A DNA stretch of 36,586 nt from Thermoplasmata archaeon HGW-Thermoplasmata-1. GTDB lineage: Archaea; Thermoplasmatota; E2; GCA-002838935. Position 1 is the first letter of the stretch, and each line of letters opens with the position of its first letter. A model generated the notes under the pieces. The model was not told where the DNA came from. It was given only the letters and a program-made list of their open reading frames with translations, and ran no database searches. Made by a program: the position numbers and the translations under genes. Shown piece after piece: positions 34,051-36,586 of this stretch. The DNA lies in NCBI GenBank assembly GCA_002838935.1, contig PGXE01000007.1, forward strand, positions 5,673-42,258. Direction: 5' to 3'.

Positions 34051-36586
34051 CCTTTACCACCATCCTCTAAGCGCTTATCTCTATTTCCCCCTTCTTGCTT
34101 TCCCTTCCCTTCTGCGTTTTTCGCCCCCCCCCCAAGCGAAATTTTGGGGATGCTCACCGTAAACGTCGCCCCTTTTCCTTCGCCTTCGGATTCCGCTTTG
34201 ATTGTCCCGCCGTGCGCCTCGACTATGCCCTTGGCGACGCTCAATCCGAGTCCCGTTCCCTTGATATAGGTCGCTTTCTTGACGTCTGCAAACGGCTCAA
34301 ATATCCTTGTCAAATCCTCCTTGCGGATTCCCATTCCGGTATCCGATATCGATACCCTGACGTCACCTCCTGCCTCTTCGGCGCGCATGGCTATTGTCCC
34401 GCTTTCCGGGGTGAACTTGGATGCGTTGTTGAGTATGTTCATGAACACCTGCTCCAGGCGCGCACCGTCGCCGTTGACGCTGAGCGGGCGCTCAGGTATT
34501 TCCAGATTCAGTTTCTGCTTTTTGTCTTCAACAAGCGGCTTGATTTCGCCGGCGCAGTGATTGATGGCGTCCCTCAGGTCTATCGGCTGCATTTCTATCG
34601 TCAGCCTTCCAGATTCGATGCGCTGCACGTCAAGCAGGTCCTCGACGAGCCGGAGCAGGCGGTCGGTGTTCCTCGCCGCAACATCAAGCAGGTCCCTTAT
34701 CTTCTGGGGAACGTCGCCAGCCTTGCCGGAAAGCACCAAGTCCGTATATCCTTTCACCGACACTAACGGAGTGCGGAGTTCGTGCGTCGCTACGGATACG
34801 AACCGCGTCTTGAGTTCGCTCAGGCGCTTCGCGGCTTCCAACTGCGCCTGCACCTTCTCCGCCTTCTTGCGCTCGGTTATGTCCATCACGATTCCCTGAT
34901 AGTGTATTATCCTGCCTGCCGGGTCGCGCCTGACAAACATCCTGTCCTCCACCCACCGCGTTTCCCCGGTCTTCGTGAGCAGGCGGTATTTCTGGGTGAA
35001 TTCTTTGAGGTGCTGCTTAGTATAATCCGAAATCTCCGCGGCGACCCGTTTCGTGTCGTCCGGGTGGATTCTCTTCTCATACTGCCGATTCGCCATACCC
35101 TGCGTGGAGTAGCCGAACTGGCGTATGCTGTCTGAAACGTATTCCACGGGCCGTCCTTCCTCATTGCGCCATAGGAACACGACGACAGGGCTGCGGTTGA
35201 TTATGTTCTCCATCTCCTCCCTTCTTGCCAGCGCCTCTATCAGGACTTTCTCGGCAATCTTTTTCTCGGTGACGTCCCTTATAATCGTCTGTACCGCCGG
35301 CCTGCCGCGATGGGTGGTCAGCACCGAAGAAACATCTACGTCGATAACGATTCCGTCAAGGCGCACGTACTTTTCCTCGATTGGAGATACTTTCTGCCCA
35401 TTCTCGATGATTGCCTTAACCCGCTGCCCCACCTTGTCCCGGTAGTCCGGATGAACGACGTCCATTATCGGCTTTCCAATAATGTCCTCAGGGACTTTTG
35501 CGCCGATGAGTTTCACTCCGGCGGAGTTGACGAATACAAACTTTCCGTCCTGATGCACCGCGACGGCGTCCGGCGAAAGTTCCACCAGTTGGCGATATCT
35601 TTCCTCGCTCGCCTTGATTGCTTCCTCCGCCTTCTTGCGTTCCGTCAGGTCGTGGACGACGACCTGCCCTCCCATCAGTTTTCCATTCACTATCGACGGC
35701 ATCGCATTTATCTCAACCACTGCTGGCGTGCCGTCTTTCCTGACGAGAGACATCTCCATGCCTTTTGTCTCCCCGCCCCCCATCGCTGCAGCGAGTGTTT
35801 CTTCGACTATCTTGGATGGCTCGGAGATTCCAAGATCCTGCATCATATCGACAATGTTTCTCCCGACGACTTCTTCCGATTTATACCCCGACATCTTCTC
35901 TATGGAAGGGGAAACATAGGTGACCTTCAGGCTCTCGTCCACGGTAAATATCAGGTCGAAACTGTTCTCCGCAATCGCCCTGAATCTCTCCTCGCTGTGC
36001 CTCAGTTCTTCTTCCATCTTCTTGCGCTCGGTGACATCACGCATCGTGGCCTGGATTCCCTTGAACTTCCCGTTGACAAACACTGGCGCGACGTTCACCT
36101 CGGTCTGGAGCGGAGTGCCGTCTTTCTTGGTCATTGGAATCTCAAGGCCTTCGATTGCGGTTCCTTCGGCAAGACTGCTCATATATTCCTTGAACATTTT
36201 CTCCGCATCCGGGATTTTCAGGTCGCCCATCACCGCAATTCCGCTCTTTCCGACGAATTCTTCCGGCTTGAATCCCCTAATCCTTTCCACGGACGGGGAG
36301 ACGTATGTCACTATTCCATTCTCGTCTATCGTGGCTATGATGTCGAAGCTGTTCTCCGCCAGTTTTCTGAACTTTTCCTCGCTGCGCATGGCTTCGGATG
36401 CTTCTGATATGATGCTCCGCACCTTTTCCACCAGAAAGTCGTCGGCGGGAAGCGGCTTCGTTATGTAGCCGTCAGCCCCCGCCTCCTTCGCCATTTTCTT
36501 GTCGCTTTCCCTTCCAAGGGCGGAGAACATCACCACCGGGATGGCTTTTGTCTTTGGGTTGGATTTTATCTCTCTGCATGCCGCGA
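34047..36586 (-). CDS. Hybrid sensor histidine kinase (REC, four PAS, HisKA, HATPase); 5' end outside the window
   Basis: Four PAS/PAC repeats ending D(V/L/I)TE(R/K)K; H-box ATHELRTPL; N-box NILNNASKF; DTGMGI; GTGLGL. The frame is open to the window edge with a REC remnant. Confidence 0.93.
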   Translation of the reverse strand, partial: AACREIKSNPKTKAIPVVMFSALGRESDKKMAKEAGADGYITKPLPADDFLVEKVRSIISEASEAMRSEEKFRKLAENSFDIIATIDENGIVTYVSPSVERIRGFKPEEFVGKSGIAVMGDLKIPDAEKMFKEYMSSLAEGTAIEGLEIPMTKKDGTPLQTEVNVAPVFVNGKFKGIQATMRDVTERKKMEEELRHSEERFRAIAENSFDLIFTVDESLKVTYVSPSIEKMSGYKSEEVVGRNIVDMMQDLGISEPSKIVEETLAAAMGGGETKGMEMSLVRKDGTPAVVEINAMPSIVNGKLMGGQVVVHDLTERKKAEEAIKASEERYRQLVELSPDAVAVHQDGKFVFVNSAGVKLIGAKVPEDIIGKPIMDVVHPDYRDKVGQRVKAIIENGQKVSPIEEKYVRLDGIVIDVDVSSVLTTHRGRPAVQTIIRDVTEKKIAEKVLIEALARREEMENIINRSPVVVFLWRNEEGRPVEYVSDSIRQFGYSTQGMANRQYEKRIHPDDTKRVAAEISDYTKQHLKEFTQKYRLLTKTGETRWVEDRMFVRRDPAGRIIHYQGIVMDITERKKAEKVQAQLEAAKRLSELKTRFVSVATHELRTPLVSVKGYTDLVLSGKAGDVPQKIRDLLDVAARNTDRLLRLVEDLLDVQRIESGRLTIEMQPIDLRDAINHCAGEIKPLVEDKKQKLNLEIPERPLSVNGDGARLEQVFMNILNNASKFTPESGTIAMRAEEAGGDVRVSISDTGMGIRKEDLTRIFEPFADVKKATYIKGTGLGLSVAKGIVEAHGGTIKAESEGEGKGATFTVSIPKISLGGGAKNAEGKGKQEGGNRDKRLEDGGKG

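Overview
Archaeal chromosomal window, most likely Thermoplasmatota. This is inferred from egsA, archaeosortase, tRNA-Ile2(CAU), GGTGA/GAGG RBSs, TATA boxes and split purS/purL/purQ. It begins with a truncated ISH6-like transposase and an AF0577-type radical SAM/SPASM gene. A ~370-nt non-coding array of six dual-hairpin units follows, with conserved linkers and covarying stems; this is the most unusual feature. The middle is a cell-envelope region: G1P dehydrogenase, several large secreted Ig/NEW3-like proteins (one PGF-CTERM, one split by an 11-bp duplication), and archaeosortase A translationally coupled to phosphatidylserine decarboxylase. It also holds a HepT/MntA toxin-antitoxin pair and a wHTH regulator. 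The right part has tmk, tRNA-Thr(GGT) with an adjacent structured element built from tRNA 3'-end copies, tRNA-Ile2, purS-purL-purQ (purL apparently with a non-AUG start), a triplicated promoter before an SCP2 gene, and a multi-PAS hybrid two-component system. All calls come from reading the sequence; no searches or folding programs were run.
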